NCBI GenBank assembly: GCA_001917665.1
Contig: MNEL01000018.1
Span: forward strand, 8,774-72,773
Direction: 5' to 3'
Source of the DNA: Gemmatimonadetes bacterium 13_1_40CM_69_22
GTDB lineage: Bacteria; Gemmatimonadota; Gemmatimonadetes; Gemmatimonadales; GWC2-71-9
Length of the DNA: 64,000 bases
The translations under genes and the position numbers were made by a program. A model generated the notes under the pieces. It ran no database searches. It was not told the origin of the DNA and saw only the letters and a program-made list of their open reading frames with translations. Shown here in pieces: positions 42,011 through 52,254 of the stretch. Within the stretch, counting starts at the first letter, position 1, and every line of letters begins with the position of its first letter.

Positions 42011-44062
42011 ATGAAACGATTCGTCACGGCGCTGACGCTCACTTTTCCCGTTTTCTTCTTGCCCTTTCCCGGTCTTTCCGCCCAAAAGCGCGCGATCACA
42101 TTCGACGACTACATCGCGATGAAGGCGGTGAGCGATCCCCAGCTCTCCCCCGACGGCAAGTGGGTCGCGTACACCGCGACCGAATACTCACTCAAGGACA
42201 ACCGCGGCACGGCGCGGGTGTGGCTGGCGGACGTGGCGACCGGGCAGACCCGTCGGCTCACCGAGGGCCCGGGCTCCGACCGCCAACCGCGCTGGTCGCC
42301 CGACGGCGCCACGCTGGCGTTCGTCTCCACGCGTCAAAACGGCCCCCAGCTCTGGGTGCTGCCGATCGCCGGCGGGGAAGCCCGACGGGTGACGAATCTG
42401 CCGGACGGAGTCTCCGATCCTGTGTGGCTCCCCGACGGCCGGGGGCTGATCGTGACGAGCGACCTCAAGTGGCCCGCCGAGCAGGAGATCGACCGGCGCA
42501 ACGGCGACTACCCGACGGACGCGCGCCTCTGGACGGGCCTGCTGTGGCGCCATTGGGACGACTGGCGAGCCGGGAAACGGCAGCACTTGTTCCGCGTGAC
42601 GCTGGCCGACAACGGGGGGGGCGCCAAGGACATCACCCCGATCGACCACGACGTCCCCACCATCGCGACCGGGGGCGACGGCGACGTGGCCGTGTCCCCC
42701 GACGGCAAGGAGATCGCCTTCGCGATGCACGGCGACTCGACAGTCGCGGACAACACGAGCGTCGATATCTATCTAGCGAGTCCCGACGGCTCCGGCCTGC
42801 GCGCGCTGACGACGGGCCGCGGGGCGGACAACACGCCGCGCTATTCGCCGGACGGTCGCTACCTCGCGTACCTCTCGATGGAACGGCCGGGGTTCGAGGC
42901 GGATCGAGTGCGGCTCATGCTCGTTGGGCGGAAGGAGGGAAGGATCGAGGGTGGGAACGTGGTCGAGGCGACCCGAGGCTGGACCCTCTCAGTCGGCTCC
43001 TACACCTGGTGTCCCGACTCCAAGTGCATCTACGCAGTCGTGGAGGAGCGGGGGCGGGACAACCTGTACCGGATCGACGTGCCCTCGTTCCATCGTGCCG
43101 TCGTGGTCGGGAACTCGGGGCTGAATACGAACCCGGGCCTCACGCCCGATGCCAAGACCGTGGTATACCTGCACCAGAGCAACACGCAGCCCGCCGAAGT
43201 GTGGGTGTCGGGCCGGCAGCTCACGCACCACAACGACTCAGGCGTCGCGGCGCTGGATCTCAAGCCCCTCGAAGGATATGGGTTCGTGGGCGCGCTCGGC
43301 GACTCGGTGTTCGGCTGGATCTTGAAACCGCCCGGGTTCGACCCCGCCAAGAAGTATCCCCTCGTCTACCTGGTCCACGGCGGCCCGCAGGGGGCGTGGA
43401 CCGACTACTGGGGCGCGCGCTGGAACTATGCGATGTTCGCCGCGCGCGGCTACGTCGTGGCGGCCGTTAACTTCCACGGCTCGACCGGCTACGGCCAAAA
43501 GTTCACGGACGCGATCTCCCAGCATTGGGGCGACTACCCGTTCGAGGACGTGATGAAGGGCCTCGACGTCGTGGCGCGGCTCCCCTACGTCGATTCAACC
43601 CGCATGGGCGCCGCGGGCGCGTCCTACGGCGGCTACATGATCTACTGGATCGCGGGCCACACCGACCGGTTCAAAGTGCTGGTGGACCACGACGGTGTGT
43701 TCAATCCCGTGAGCATGGCCGGGTCGACCGAGGAGCTGTGGTTCGTGGACTGGGAGTTCGGTGGTACGCCCTACGCCAACCGCGCGCTGTACGAGAAGTG
43801 GTCCCCGCTCACGTTCGTGCAGAACTGGAAGACGCCGATGCTCATCGTCCATTCGCAGCTCGATTACCGGGTGGACCTGTCGGAGGGCTACCAGGCGTTC
43901 ACGGCGCTCAAGGTGAAAGGGGTGCCGGCCAAGTTCCTGTATTTCCCGGACGAAGGTCACTGGGTGCTGAAGCCCCGCAACCGCCGGGTGTGGTGGGGCA
44001 CGGTGCTCGACTGGCTCGACCAGTACCTGAAGCCGGGCGCGCCCGCCACCGGAGCGCGCTAG
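42011..44062 (+). CDS. S9-family serine peptidase (beta-propeller plus prolyl-oligopeptidase/acylaminoacyl-peptidase domain)
   Basis: Signal peptide, PD40-like repeats (SPDGKWVAY, SPDGATLAF, SPDGKEIAF, SPDGRYLAY), nucleophile GASYGGYM and a later D/H (DYRV, EGHW). Confidence 0.9.
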   Translation: MKRFVTALTLTFPVFFLPFPGLSAQKRAITFDDYIAMKAVSDPQLSPDGKWVAYTATEYSLKDNRGTARVWLADVATGQTRRLTEGPGSDRQPRWSPDGATLAFVSTRQNGPQLWVLPIAGGEARRVTNLPDGVSDPVWLPDGRGLIVTSDLKWPAEQEIDRRNGDYPTDARLWTGLLWRHWDDWRAGKRQHLFRVTLADNGGGAKDITPIDHDVPTIATGGDGDVAVSPDGKEIAFAMHGDSTVADNTSVDIYLASPDGSGLRALTTGRGADNTPRYSPDGRYLAYLSMERPGFEADRVRLMLVGRKEGRIEGGNVVEATRGWTLSVGSYTWCPDSKCIYAVVEERGRDNLYRIDVPSFHRAVVVGNSGLNTNPGLTPDAKTVVYLHQSNTQPAEVWVSGRQLTHHNDSGVAALDLKPLEGYGFVGALGDSVFGWILKPPGFDPAKKYPLVYLVHGGPQGAWTDYWGARWNYAMFAARGYVVAAVNFHGSTGYGQKFTDAISQHWGDYPFEDVMKGLDVVARLPYVDSTRMGAAGASYGGYMIYWIAGHTDRFKVLVDHDGVFNPVSMAGSTEELWFVDWEFGGTPYANRALYEKWSPLTFVQNWKTPMLIVHSQLDYRVDLSEGYQAFTALKVKGVPAKFLYFPDEGHWVLKPRNRRVWWGTVLDWLDQYLKPGAPATGAR

Positions 44063-44076
44063 TGCGCACGCCCTTC

Positions 44077-44466
44077 ATGCGGGCGCTGACACGCACGACG
44101 ATCGCCGCCCTGGTGCTTGCGCTCGCCCTGCTCGTCGCGCTGCCGCGTCACGGGTCGCTCGGCTCGGACTTCGTGGACGTCTTCACCCTGACCTTCTGTT
44201 TCACCTTCCTCGGCCACTACATCGACGCCCTGTTGCGCGCGCTCCCGGGCATCGAGACCGGTCCGGGGCGGCTGGTGCGCCTCGCCGGCTGGTTCGCCGG
44301 TGGGCTGTGGTGCTACCTCGTCGCGCGCTGGCTGTGGATCCGGTACGGGCGCGATCTGAACGACCTGCCGGGCCTCGTGTGGGGAGGGGCGTTCTTGGTC
44401 GTGCTGGAGCTGATCATGTCAGCGGTCAGCCGCCAGCCGTCAGCGAAGGACCCCGCTGACAGCTGA
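44077..44466 (+). CDS. small membrane protein
   Basis: The tail of ORF 43525..44466 from MRALTRTTIAALVLALALLVAL. Four hydrophobic segments. Confidence 0.5.
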   Translation: MRALTRTTIAALVLALALLVALPRHGSLGSDFVDVFTLTFCFTFLGHYIDALLRALPGIETGPGRLVRLAGWFAGGLWCYLVARWLWIRYGRDLNDLPGLVWGGAFLVVLELIMSAVSRQPSAKDPADS

Positions 44467-44488
44467 TGGGCGACGGCTGATCGCTGAC
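44418..44488. repeat. inverted heptamer arrays (GTCAGCS)x4 / (SGCTGAY)x5
   Basis: GTCAGCG GTCAGCC GCCAGCC GTCAGCG (44418-44445), an 8-nt spacer, then CGCTGAC AGCTGAT GGGCGAC GGCTGAT CGCTGAC (44454-44488). Located between convergent genes. Confidence 0.8.
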
Positions 44489-44490
44489 GA

Positions 44491-46446
44491 CTACTGCTTC
44501 ACCCAAACGTTATTCTCCCGCCGCACGTCCGGGAAGTTCTGCCCCGGATCGATTTCGACCTTGGCCACCTCGGCTGCGAACTTCCGCTCGTAGACGTAGT
44601 GGTTGCCGAGCCACCAGATCTCGACCGGCAGGCGAACGTCCTCGGCGCTGCCGTTCGCGAGCGTGACTCGGACGTCCACCGGCATCGGCAGCGCGCCCGG
44701 GCTCGACAGAAAGACCCGCGTGGTGGCTCCACTCGAGTCCTGCCGCACCCGCACCGAGTCGACGGCGAGATCGACGACGTCGGTGCGGTAGAACCAGCCG
44801 CGCCAGAACCACGAGAGATCCTCGCCCAGCGCGTCCTCCATCGAGCGGAAGAAATCGGCGGGGGTCGGGTGCTTGTACGCCCAGCGACGGATGTACTCGC
44901 GGAACGCCGCGTCGAACCGCGTCGTGTCGCCGATGATGTGCTGGCGCAGCAGGTAGAGCCCGGTGGCTGGCTTGAAGTACTCGACGTTGCCCAGCAACCC
45001 CGCATTCACGCGGTCTGCGGCGAGGATGGGCGGCTGATCGCGTCCTGCCGCGGCTTGGGCGGCCCACTGGGCTGCGCTCCCCCGGCCCACCGGTACGGTG
45101 TCGTGGTAGAACGCCAGCCCGGAGTAGATGTTGATGAAGCTGTTGAACCCCTCGTCCATCCAGGCGTACAGCCGCTCGTTGGAGCCCACGATCATGGGGA
45201 ACCACTCGTGGCCGAGCTCGTGGGTCGTCACGCCGAACAGGTTGCGGTCGCCCGCGCGGTGCCCGCAAAAGACGATCATCGGGTACTCCATGCCTCCGAC
45301 CGGCCCGCCGATGTTGATGGCGGTGGGGTAGGGGTAGCGGAGCCACTTCTCGGAGTAATGCTTGATCGAATGGCGGGCATACTCGGTCGAGCGCGCCCAG
45401 CCGGCGTTCGCCTCGGGCGGGTAGAGCGACTGGATCAAAACGCCGGCGTAGCCGCTCGCGTCCCAGATGAAGTTTGGCGCCGCCGCCCAGGCCACGTCAC
45501 GCACGTTCTTGGCGCTGTAGTGCCACGTGAGGGTCGGGCCCGCGCCGGCCGGCCGGGTGAACGTCTGCCCCACCTCAGTCTTCGCGATCACTGCGACCGT
45601 CGTGTCCGACTTGAGCGCCTGCGCGAGCCGGGCGCGCTGGGGAGCGGTCAGCACCTCGAGCGGGTTGAGCAGCGTCCCCGTCGCCGCGACCACGAAGCTG
45701 CGCGGCACGGTGAGCGCGACGTCGAAGTCGCCGTACTCGAGGTAGAACTCGCCCTGGCCGAGATACTGCTCGGTGTTCCAGCCGCGCACGTCGTCATAGA
45801 CGGCGAGCCGGGGATACCACTCAGCGACCTCGTACAGCCAGCCGCCGGGGAACTGCTCGCGGCCCATGCGGTCCGAGCCGTGCGCGGGCACCTCGAAGCG
45901 GTATTCCAGCTCGAGCTCCGCCTGTCCGCCCGGGACGAGGGGTCGGTCGAGGTCGACCCGCAGGACCGTGCCATTGTCGGTGGTCGCGAGCGGAATCCTG
46001 CCCGCCGCCTGCCCGGCTCGCCGGACCGCGCGGATGTACTGGATCGTGTAGCCGCCCTCGAATCCGCGGCCCGCGAAGCGGGCGTCGGTGGGATTGATCG
46101 CCGCGCCGCGGCTCGCCGCCCGATAGATGTTCTGGTCGAGCTGTAGCCAGAGGTAGGCCAGCGTATCGGGCGAGTTGTTGGTGTAGCGGATCGTCTCGCT
46201 GCCCGCGATCGTGTGCGTCGCCGTGTCGAGCGAGGCGTGGATCGTGTAATCGGCGCGCTGTTGCCAGTAGCGCGGCCCCGGCCGGCCCGAGCCTTCGCGG
46301 ATCAGGGTCGGCGTCGGCAATGCGAGCCGGCGAAACGGCGACGTGTCGCCCACCTGTATGGGAAGCGTCGGAGCCGGGGTGCGGGCGGGTGCGGGGGCGG
46401 GGGCGGGCTGCTGGAGCGACGTGACGACGAGCACAATGGTCAGCAT
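44491..46446 (-). CDS. M1-like zinc metallopeptidase (HExxH-x18-E)
   Basis: ORF 44491..47211 trimmed to MLTIVLVVTSLQQPAPAPAPA. Motif TTHELGHEWFPMIVGSNERLYAWMDEGFNSF. Confidence 0.85.
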   Translation of the reverse strand: MLTIVLVVTSLQQPAPAPAPARTPAPTLPIQVGDTSPFRRLALPTPTLIREGSGRPGPRYWQQRADYTIHASLDTATHTIAGSETIRYTNNSPDTLAYLWLQLDQNIYRAASRGAAINPTDARFAGRGFEGGYTIQYIRAVRRAGQAAGRIPLATTDNGTVLRVDLDRPLVPGGQAELELEYRFEVPAHGSDRMGREQFPGGWLYEVAEWYPRLAVYDDVRGWNTEQYLGQGEFYLEYGDFDVALTVPRSFVVAATGTLLNPLEVLTAPQRARLAQALKSDTTVAVIAKTEVGQTFTRPAGAGPTLTWHYSAKNVRDVAWAAAPNFIWDASGYAGVLIQSLYPPEANAGWARSTEYARHSIKHYSEKWLRYPYPTAINIGGPVGGMEYPMIVFCGHRAGDRNLFGVTTHELGHEWFPMIVGSNERLYAWMDEGFNSFINIYSGLAFYHDTVPVGRGSAAQWAAQAAAGRDQPPILAADRVNAGLLGNVEYFKPATGLYLLRQHIIGDTTRFDAAFREYIRRWAYKHPTPADFFRSMEDALGEDLSWFWRGWFYRTDVVDLAVDSVRVRQDSSGATTRVFLSSPGALPMPVDVRVTLANGSAEDVRLPVEIWWLGNHYVYERKFAAEVAKVEIDPGQNFPDVRRENNVWVKQ

Positions 46447-47384
46447 GGATGGTTTTCTCCTTTCGCTTCGGTGAGATAGCCAGTTGCCACTCCACCCACC
46501 ACCATGAGCAACCCGAGCGAGCCGAGTGTGCTCAGCCGTTGGTTGAACAGCAGCAGTGCGAGCAGGGTGCCCACAACAGGCTCGATCGTTGCGGCGACGG
46601 CCGCGGGCGCCGCCTCGATCCGTTTGACCGCGGCGAAGAACAGAAAGTTCGCGGCCAGTACGGACCCGGCAGTCAGGGCGGCCAGACCGCGCCAGGCGGC
46701 CGCCGAAGGCGGCGGCGTCGGCGCATGCCCCGACAGCGTCAGCACGAAGCCCATGATCACGATGCCGCCCAACGCCTCGAGGAACAGCACCCGGACGGCC
46801 CCGTAGCGCGGCACGGCGAAGCGGGCCAGGAGCGTCGTCAATGCGTAGCTGAGCGCGGCCAACAGACCCCCCGCGATGCCCGCCCCGATCCCCAGCCGGG
46901 CCGCTTCCGCCCCGGCGTTGCTGCCGCCGGTGACCGTGAGCGCGACGCCCGCCATCACGAGCAGCGCGAGCAGGACGCGCGTCGTCGTGAGCGCTTCCTT
47001 CAGGAGCGCGCGCGCCAGCACGGCGACGATCACGGGGGCTGTGTAGAGCATGGCCGCGGCGCCGGCCACGCCCGCGCCCGCGATCGCGAACTGGTACGCG
47101 ATCTCGAACAACGCGACGAGGAGCCCACCGCCCACGCCCACGAGCAGCCAGCCACGCGCGTCCACCCGGAACAGCTCGCGTCGGAAGGCGAGGCCCCAGA
47201 GCGCGAGACACACCGTGCCCATGAGCACCCGCCAGAACCCGATGCTCGTCGCGGGCATGAGCCGGTACAAGCCGGTGGACAGCGGGCCCGTCGTGCCCCA
47301 GGTCGCGCCCGCGGCGAGTGCCAGGAGGTAGCCGGTGAGGCGAGGGGTGCGGGAGCTGGTTGGCGGAGGGGAGACCGTCGTCAT
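46440..47384 (-). CDS. EamA/DMT-family transporter
   Basis: ORF trimmed to MTTVSPPPTSS. Ten hydrophobic helices in two EamA-like halves. A 7-nt overlap with the downstream peptidase start. Confidence 0.8.
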   Translation of the reverse strand: MTTVSPPPTSSRTPRLTGYLLALAAGATWGTTGPLSTGLYRLMPATSIGFWRVLMGTVCLALWGLAFRRELFRVDARGWLLVGVGGGLLVALFEIAYQFAIAGAGVAGAAAMLYTAPVIVAVLARALLKEALTTTRVLLALLVMAGVALTVTGGSNAGAEAARLGIGAGIAGGLLAALSYALTTLLARFAVPRYGAVRVLFLEALGGIVIMGFVLTLSGHAPTPPPSAAAWRGLAALTAGSVLAANFLFFAAVKRIEAAPAAVAATIEPVVGTLLALLLFNQRLSTLGSLGLLMVVGGVATGYLTEAKGENHPC

Positions 47385-47412
47385 GGTCCGTAAGGAACGA
47401 TAGAAGCCACTG

Positions 47413-47456
47413 GGCGCTGACAGTAGGGGCGCAGCAAGCTGCGCCCCTACAGCGCC
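47413..47456 (-). terminator. strong hairpin downstream of the EEP lipoprotein gene
   Basis: GTAGGGGCGCAGC AA GCTGCGCCCCTAC (47423-47450, 13-bp perfect arms), extended by GGCGCT/AGCGCC. No U-tract. Confidence 0.5.
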
Positions 47457-47475
47457 GCGCGGCCGCTCCAAGGCG

Positions 47476-48594
47476 TCAGTTCAGCGCCACGTCCGGGAGC
47501 GCGCGGAACGTTGCCACCACGCCCGCGTGATCGGAGGGCCAGATGGGATAGGACGGGCCCGGCACGCGATCGCCCGGCTGGTCACCGACGATTGTGACCA
47601 CGCCCAGCAGGCTTCCGTTGGGTCCGCCGATGCCGCGGGCGAAGACGTAATCGATCCGCTGGTTCAGCACGGCGACGTGGTTCGACAGATCGGCGACCTC
47701 ACAGCAGGTGAAGCCGCGCGCGCCCGGTCGCAGCGCCGCCCAGGAATCGGTGAAGCCGCCGCTCGTCACCACGCCGTACATGGACGACCCGGGCATGTCG
47801 TTGAAGTCGCCCAGCAGGATGGCGGGCGATGTCGTGCCGATGGATCCCACGAGCTCGGCCGCCTGCGCGACGCGCAGGGCAGCGAGCCCGGCGGCGTCGC
47901 CGGACTCGAGATGCGTGCTCCCGACCCTGACGGACATCCCATCGATGGTCGCGTCGATCGCGACCCAGCCTCGCTTGAGGTCCACGCCCGGCGCCACCGT
48001 GCCGATGTTGAGCGTGAACCTCTGCGCGGTCACATTGGGCCCGACGGTCACGCGATTGGCATCCACCAGGATCACGTCGTGGTCGGTGATGCTGATCCCG
48101 GGAACGGGCGTGGCCGTGAGGTTCGTCACCTGACCTGCGACAGCATAGCGGAGCCCGCGGGTTGCGAGCGCGGCCTGGAGCAGGGGCAGGAAGTTCTGCT
48201 CGATCTGGACGGGGAGGCCGAGCCCGGAGAGGTCGATGTGCAGCTGATCCACCTCCTGGAGCCCCACGACGTGCGGCCGGGCGCGGGCGATCTCGTCGGC
48301 GAGCGCCCCGGCCCGCGTGGGAAAGTCTGTTCGCTGCAGCACGGCGATGGCCGCGAGCAGGGCGGGCACGTCGTCGTTCGGGTCAGGTGACGCGAGCGCG
48401 CCGATGACTTGATCGACGTCCGCGCCGATGTACAGGTTGCGGGTCATCACCGTGATGGTGCGTGCGCCCGGCGCGGTGGGGTTAGCGGAGAGGGTAGGGC
48501 GAGCAGCGGCGCTCGGCCGGGGCCCGGCCAGCTGCGCGTCGTAGCAGCCTGCGAGGGCGAGCATACCCAGCGCGCAGGCGGCGGATCGATGCAT
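47476..48594 (-). CDS. endonuclease/exonuclease/phosphatase-family lipoprotein
   Basis: ORF trimmed to MHRSAACALGMLALAGC (lipobox). EEP motifs GLQEV, and PSDHAGVVATF near the C-terminus. Confidence 0.75.
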   Translation of the reverse strand: MHRSAACALGMLALAGCYDAQLAGPRPSAAARPTLSANPTAPGARTITVMTRNLYIGADVDQVIGALASPDPNDDVPALLAAIAVLQRTDFPTRAGALADEIARARPHVVGLQEVDQLHIDLSGLGLPVQIEQNFLPLLQAALATRGLRYAVAGQVTNLTATPVPGISITDHDVILVDANRVTVGPNVTAQRFTLNIGTVAPGVDLKRGWVAIDATIDGMSVRVGSTHLESGDAAGLAALRVAQAAELVGSIGTTSPAILLGDFNDMPGSSMYGVVTSGGFTDSWAALRPGARGFTCCEVADLSNHVAVLNQRIDYVFARGIGGPNGSLLGVVTIVGDQPGDRVPGPSYPIWPSDHAGVVATFRALPDVALN

Positions 48595-48666
48595 CAAGGG
48601 TACCTCCTCGAGGATAGGCGGGAGCAGGCGACGTGCGGAACAACGTCGCAGGCCGTCAAGCAAGCG

Positions 48667-49410
48667 TCAACTCACACCAGCTCTGAGCCGCACGCGCACC
48701 ACGCCGCCGCGGGGCGATGCCTGATACGCGGTCATCTCGGTCCGTTGCAGGCGCGCACTCCAGAAGGGCGCCAGCGCACAGTGGGCTGACCCCGTCACCG
48801 GATCCTCGTTCACGCCGGCGCGCGGCGCGAAGAAGCGCGAGACGAAGTCGTAGCCCGGGGTCGCCGCCCGGCTCGTGACGATGACGCCGCGCGCCTCCAC
48901 CCGTCTCAGCGCGGAGAAGTCGGGCTCGAGTGAGCGCACGGTTGCTTCCGAGTCGACCTCGAGCAGGTAGTCGAACTTGCTCCGACCGGTCCAGCGCGGG
49001 ATCACGCCGAGGGCCTCGGGGAGCCCCGCGGGTGGCGGGGCGGGGGCCGCGACCGTGGCGGGGAAGTCGAGCTCGATCCAGTCCCCCCGGCGTTCGGCGG
49101 TGAGCAGGCCGCTCTTGGTGTGGAAGCGGGCCGGCGCTCCGGCGGCGAGGTGCCCGTGCTCCCACAAGACGTGCGCGCTGGCGAGAGTGGCGTGACCGCA
49201 CAGCGCCACCTCGACGGCGGGGGTGAACCAGCGCAGCCGGTAGCCGGTGTTTTCGGCAACCAGAAACGCCGTTTCGGAGAGATTCATCTCCCGGGCGACG
49301 TCTTGCATCCAGCGCTCATCGCGCGCCGCCGGGAGCACGCACACCGCCGCCGGGTTGCCGGCGTACGGCGTGCTCGTGAACGCGTCCACCTGGACGATCG
49401 TCAGGCCCAT
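48667..49410 (-). CDS. PhzF-family isomerase-like protein
   Basis: ORF trimmed to MGLTIVQVDAFTSTPYAGNPAAVCVL. SETAF and GHATLA motifs typical of PhzF/YddE. Confidence 0.85.
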   Translation of the reverse strand: MGLTIVQVDAFTSTPYAGNPAAVCVLPAARDERWMQDVAREMNLSETAFLVAENTGYRLRWFTPAVEVALCGHATLASAHVLWEHGHLAAGAPARFHTKSGLLTAERRGDWIELDFPATVAAPAPPPAGLPEALGVIPRWTGRSKFDYLLEVDSEATVRSLEPDFSALRRVEARGVIVTSRAATPGYDFVSRFFAPRAGVNEDPVTGSAHCALAPFWSARLQRTEMTAYQASPRGGVVRVRLRAGVS

Positions 49411-49444
49411 GCGCTCTAAATTAGCCGCTTGCCGAGCCGTTGGT

Positions 49445-50086
49445 CTAAAGATACCGGTCGAGCCGGAACGTCGTCGTCCCGTGAAAGAAACTGTTCTCGT
49501 GCCCGATGATGAACGGGGTCTCCACGTCGTGGTTCGCGAGGATGAGCCGCAGCTCGCTGGCGTCGGGGGGCAGGTCGAAGACGAGATCCGTCGTGTACGA
49601 CTCGCCCGGTACGAGTTGGCGTTGGAGGGCATCGGTGGGCGCTTCGTAGCGCCGCCCCTGGCCATCTACGATCGCGGCATAGCGGCTGTTGGGGGTCAGC
49701 GGCGCCATGCCGCGATGGGGGGAAATCGTCGTCTCGTCGAAGCGGACCTTCACGGTCACGAGGTAGAAGGTGCCCTGTGCGGTGCGGCCGTCGAGCGTCT
49801 TCACGGTTTTCGCGCCGACTACCGAATAGGCGAGGTGGCAGTCCACCTCGCAGATGTGCTTCTCTTCCCCGGGGCCGAGCACGCGGTTCGTGCTCGTGAG
49901 CGAGGCGATCAGGAACAGCGCCCCGTACGCGCCGACGCCGCCGGCCGCGAGCTGCGCGATGACCCGCGCCGCGTCGGGGCGCTTGAGGATGAGGGAGAAC
50001 ACGACGAGCAGCGCGGCCGCGCCGGATCCGAAGACCAACGCCAGGAACGTCAGGAAGGTGAGAGGGTTCAGGCCGTCGGTGATCAT
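49445..50086 (-). CDS. membrane-anchored protein with beta-rich extracytoplasmic domain (DUF4352-like)
   Basis: 213 aa with two N-terminal TM helices. The ATG overlaps the upstream stop (ATGA). Confidence 0.55.
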   Translation of the reverse strand: MITDGLNPLTFLTFLALVFGSGAAALLVVFSLILKRPDAARVIAQLAAGGVGAYGALFLIASLTSTNRVLGPGEEKHICEVDCHLAYSVVGAKTVKTLDGRTAQGTFYLVTVKVRFDETTISPHRGMAPLTPNSRYAAIVDGQGRRYEAPTDALQRQLVPGESYTTDLVFDLPPDASELRLILANHDVETPFIIGHENSFFHGTTTFRLDRYL

Positions 50087-51594
50087 CGCGCTGACTCCTT
50101 GCAGCTGAGCGCTCTGAGGCTCGCTGCCTGCTCACGCACCGCGCGCCGGGCCCGGGCGCGGGCCAGGTTCCAGTTTCGCCAGCCGTCCTCGACGGCGCGC
50201 GCGCCTCCCGGGGTCCAGCGTGACAGCAGCCGCCGTGCCGCCCGACACTGCTCCGCCTCCTCGAGGCGCGGGAGGGCCGCGAGCAGATCGGGCACGGCGT
50301 CGGCGCTCAGCGAAGCCGCGTACCCTGCGTCAAACGGGCGGTGGACCGCCGGGCGGGCGAGATTGGTGCGGACGATGAGGGCGTCGGGGTTGAGCAGGTG
50401 CAATCCGCCGAGCACAGCGAATCCCTGGACGAGCGCGCCGAAGGCGAAGCGCCACCGCTGCTCCCGCAGCACCGTCCAGCCGAACCACACGAAGACGCCT
50501 GCGAGGTACACCATGAAGGCGGTGGCGTACAGCCGGATCTCCGACAGCCCGAACTCGCTCACATAGAGCCACACCCGCCGGAGCGCGGACGCCATCACCA
50601 CGGCCAACAGGACGAGGAGCAGCCCCGCGAGCAAGCGGAATGTCCGCTGGTGCTCGCGCGGCTCGTTGCGGAGCAGCCAGTCGCCGCCGAGCAGGATGGG
50701 GAGGACCAGGGTGCTGGCGGTGACCAGCTCGAAGAACCCGCGTCGCGCGTACTCGGCATACGTCAGATCCGTGGTGCGCTGAATCAGCTCGGTACCGCCG
50801 AAGAAGTAGCGGAGCTGGACGACCACAAACACGAGGAACAGCAGATCGAGCAGGCCGAGCGCCGTGCCAACGGGGGCGATGCCGGGCGACAGGTCCTGGC
50901 TGTCCAGCACTGCGAGTGTTGGCGTCCGGCGGATCAAGGCTCCCCACAGGTACCCGGCGGCGAGCGCCGCCCCAACCACGATGAGAAAGGTATGTGACGC
51001 GACCGCTGCGAAGTCGACGTCGAGGACGCCCGTCACCAGGTTGTGGAACACGGGGTCAGCGGACGCGAACAGGCCCCCGAACACGAGGAGCAGGGGGAAC
51101 GCGAGCAGCGCGCCGAGGATCGCGCCGCGCGCCTGCCGCAGCGCGCCGCCACTCGGCAGCTCGCTCCACCGGACGTCCCGTGCCAGGAGCGGCCACAGCC
51201 CGAGGCACGCGCTCGCGGCGGCGCCGACCCCGCCGAGCAGGTAATCCCAAACGGAGCGACCGCGCAGCGCAACGCCGCGCAGGCTGAAGCAGGCGAGCGA
51301 GCCGACGATCACCAGCCCCAATGCGTCGAACGCCCGGAGCGCGCCCGAATCCCGCGCCAGGAAGTTCGAGGCCAGCAACAACGCGGTCACCGCCAGCCAC
51401 GGTGCGTCGCCGCTCACGGGGATGCGCTGGCGACGCACGATGACCGCGGTCGCCGCCACGAGGGCGGCCGTGCAGAGAAACGCGTTCAGACCCCAGGGGA
51501 TGGCGCGCAGCAGGGCATCGCCCACAATCCCCAGCGCGGTGCCCGCGCCCAGGACCTGCAGGCCCAGCCTCGTCTTGTCGCTCAGCGCGCTCAT
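50083..51594 (-). CDS. large polytopic membrane protein (DUF4153/DUF4173-like)
   Basis: 503 aa, about 12 TM helices plus a soluble C-terminal tail. The ATG overlaps the uppS stop (ATGA). Confidence 0.6.
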   Translation of the reverse strand: MSALSDKTRLGLQVLGAGTALGIVGDALLRAIPWGLNAFLCTAALVAATAVIVRRQRIPVSGDAPWLAVTALLLASNFLARDSGALRAFDALGLVIVGSLACFSLRGVALRGRSVWDYLLGGVGAAASACLGLWPLLARDVRWSELPSGGALRQARGAILGALLAFPLLLVFGGLFASADPVFHNLVTGVLDVDFAAVASHTFLIVVGAALAAGYLWGALIRRTPTLAVLDSQDLSPGIAPVGTALGLLDLLFLVFVVVQLRYFFGGTELIQRTTDLTYAEYARRGFFELVTASTLVLPILLGGDWLLRNEPREHQRTFRLLAGLLLVLLAVVMASALRRVWLYVSEFGLSEIRLYATAFMVYLAGVFVWFGWTVLREQRWRFAFGALVQGFAVLGGLHLLNPDALIVRTNLARPAVHRPFDAGYAASLSADAVPDLLAALPRLEEAEQCRAARRLLSRWTPGGARAVEDGWRNWNLARARARRAVREQAASLRALSCKESAR

Positions 51595-52241
51595 CCCGCC
51601 GCCGCTTCCGGCAGGCCGCCGAACCGCCGCTGCCGCGCGTGGAAGTCGCGCAGCGCGTCAGCCAGGTCGCGCGCTTCGAAATCGGGCCACATCGTCTCGG
51701 TGAAGTACAGCTCCGCGTAGGCGCATTCCCACAGCAGGAAGTCGGAGAGCCGCTGCTCGCCGCCGGTGCGGATCAGGAGGTCCACGTCGGGGAGGAGCTG
51801 GCCGGCGGGGATCGCGGCGCGCGCCGAGTAATCCACAGCGAGACGGAGCCGGAGCGCGGTCCCGCCGGCGGTCGCGAGCTCGGCCGCCCGGATGGCGGTG
51901 ACGAGCGGGGCGGGGAGGCGATCGCGCCGGCCGACCACTTCGAGGCGGACGCCGTTCGCGACCAGCCGGGCCGTTTCGGTGCGCAGGTGGCGCGCGAACA
52001 ACCGCATCAGCGCCGCCACCTCGGTGGGGGGGCGTTTCCAGTTATCGGCGGAGAAGGCGAACAACGTGAGCGCGGCGACGCCCTGGCCAGGGGCCGCTTC
52101 CACGACCCGGCGGACGGCGTCGGCGCCCGCCCGGTGGCCGGCGGCGCGGGGGAGGCCCCGGCGGGCGGCCCACCGCCCGTTGCCGTCCATGATGATCGCG
52201 ACATGGAGAGAAGTACTTTGCAACATAAAGTCTCGCCTCAA
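51591..52241 (-). CDS. uppS: cis-prenyltransferase (undecaprenyl-diphosphate synthase family)
   Basis: [40 protein letters not shown] and C-terminal RRFGG. Confidence 0.85.
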   Translation of the reverse strand: MRRDFMLQSTSLHVAIIMDGNGRWAARRGLPRAAGHRAGADAVRRVVEAAPGQGVAALTLFAFSADNWKRPPTEVAALMRLFARHLRTETARLVANGVRLEVVGRRDRLPAPLVTAIRAAELATAGGTALRLRLAVDYSARAAIPAGQLLPDVDLLIRTGGEQRLSDFLLWECAYAELYFTETMWPDFEARDLADALRDFHARQRRFGGLPEAAAG

Positions 52242-52254
52242 AAAAAAGATCCCG

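Noticed and set aside
46447-47211. N-terminal 255 aa of the 906-aa ORF 44491..47211
   Set aside because: Overlaps the EamA transporter gene in another frame and has R/G-rich composition. The peptidase signal peptide starts at 46446.
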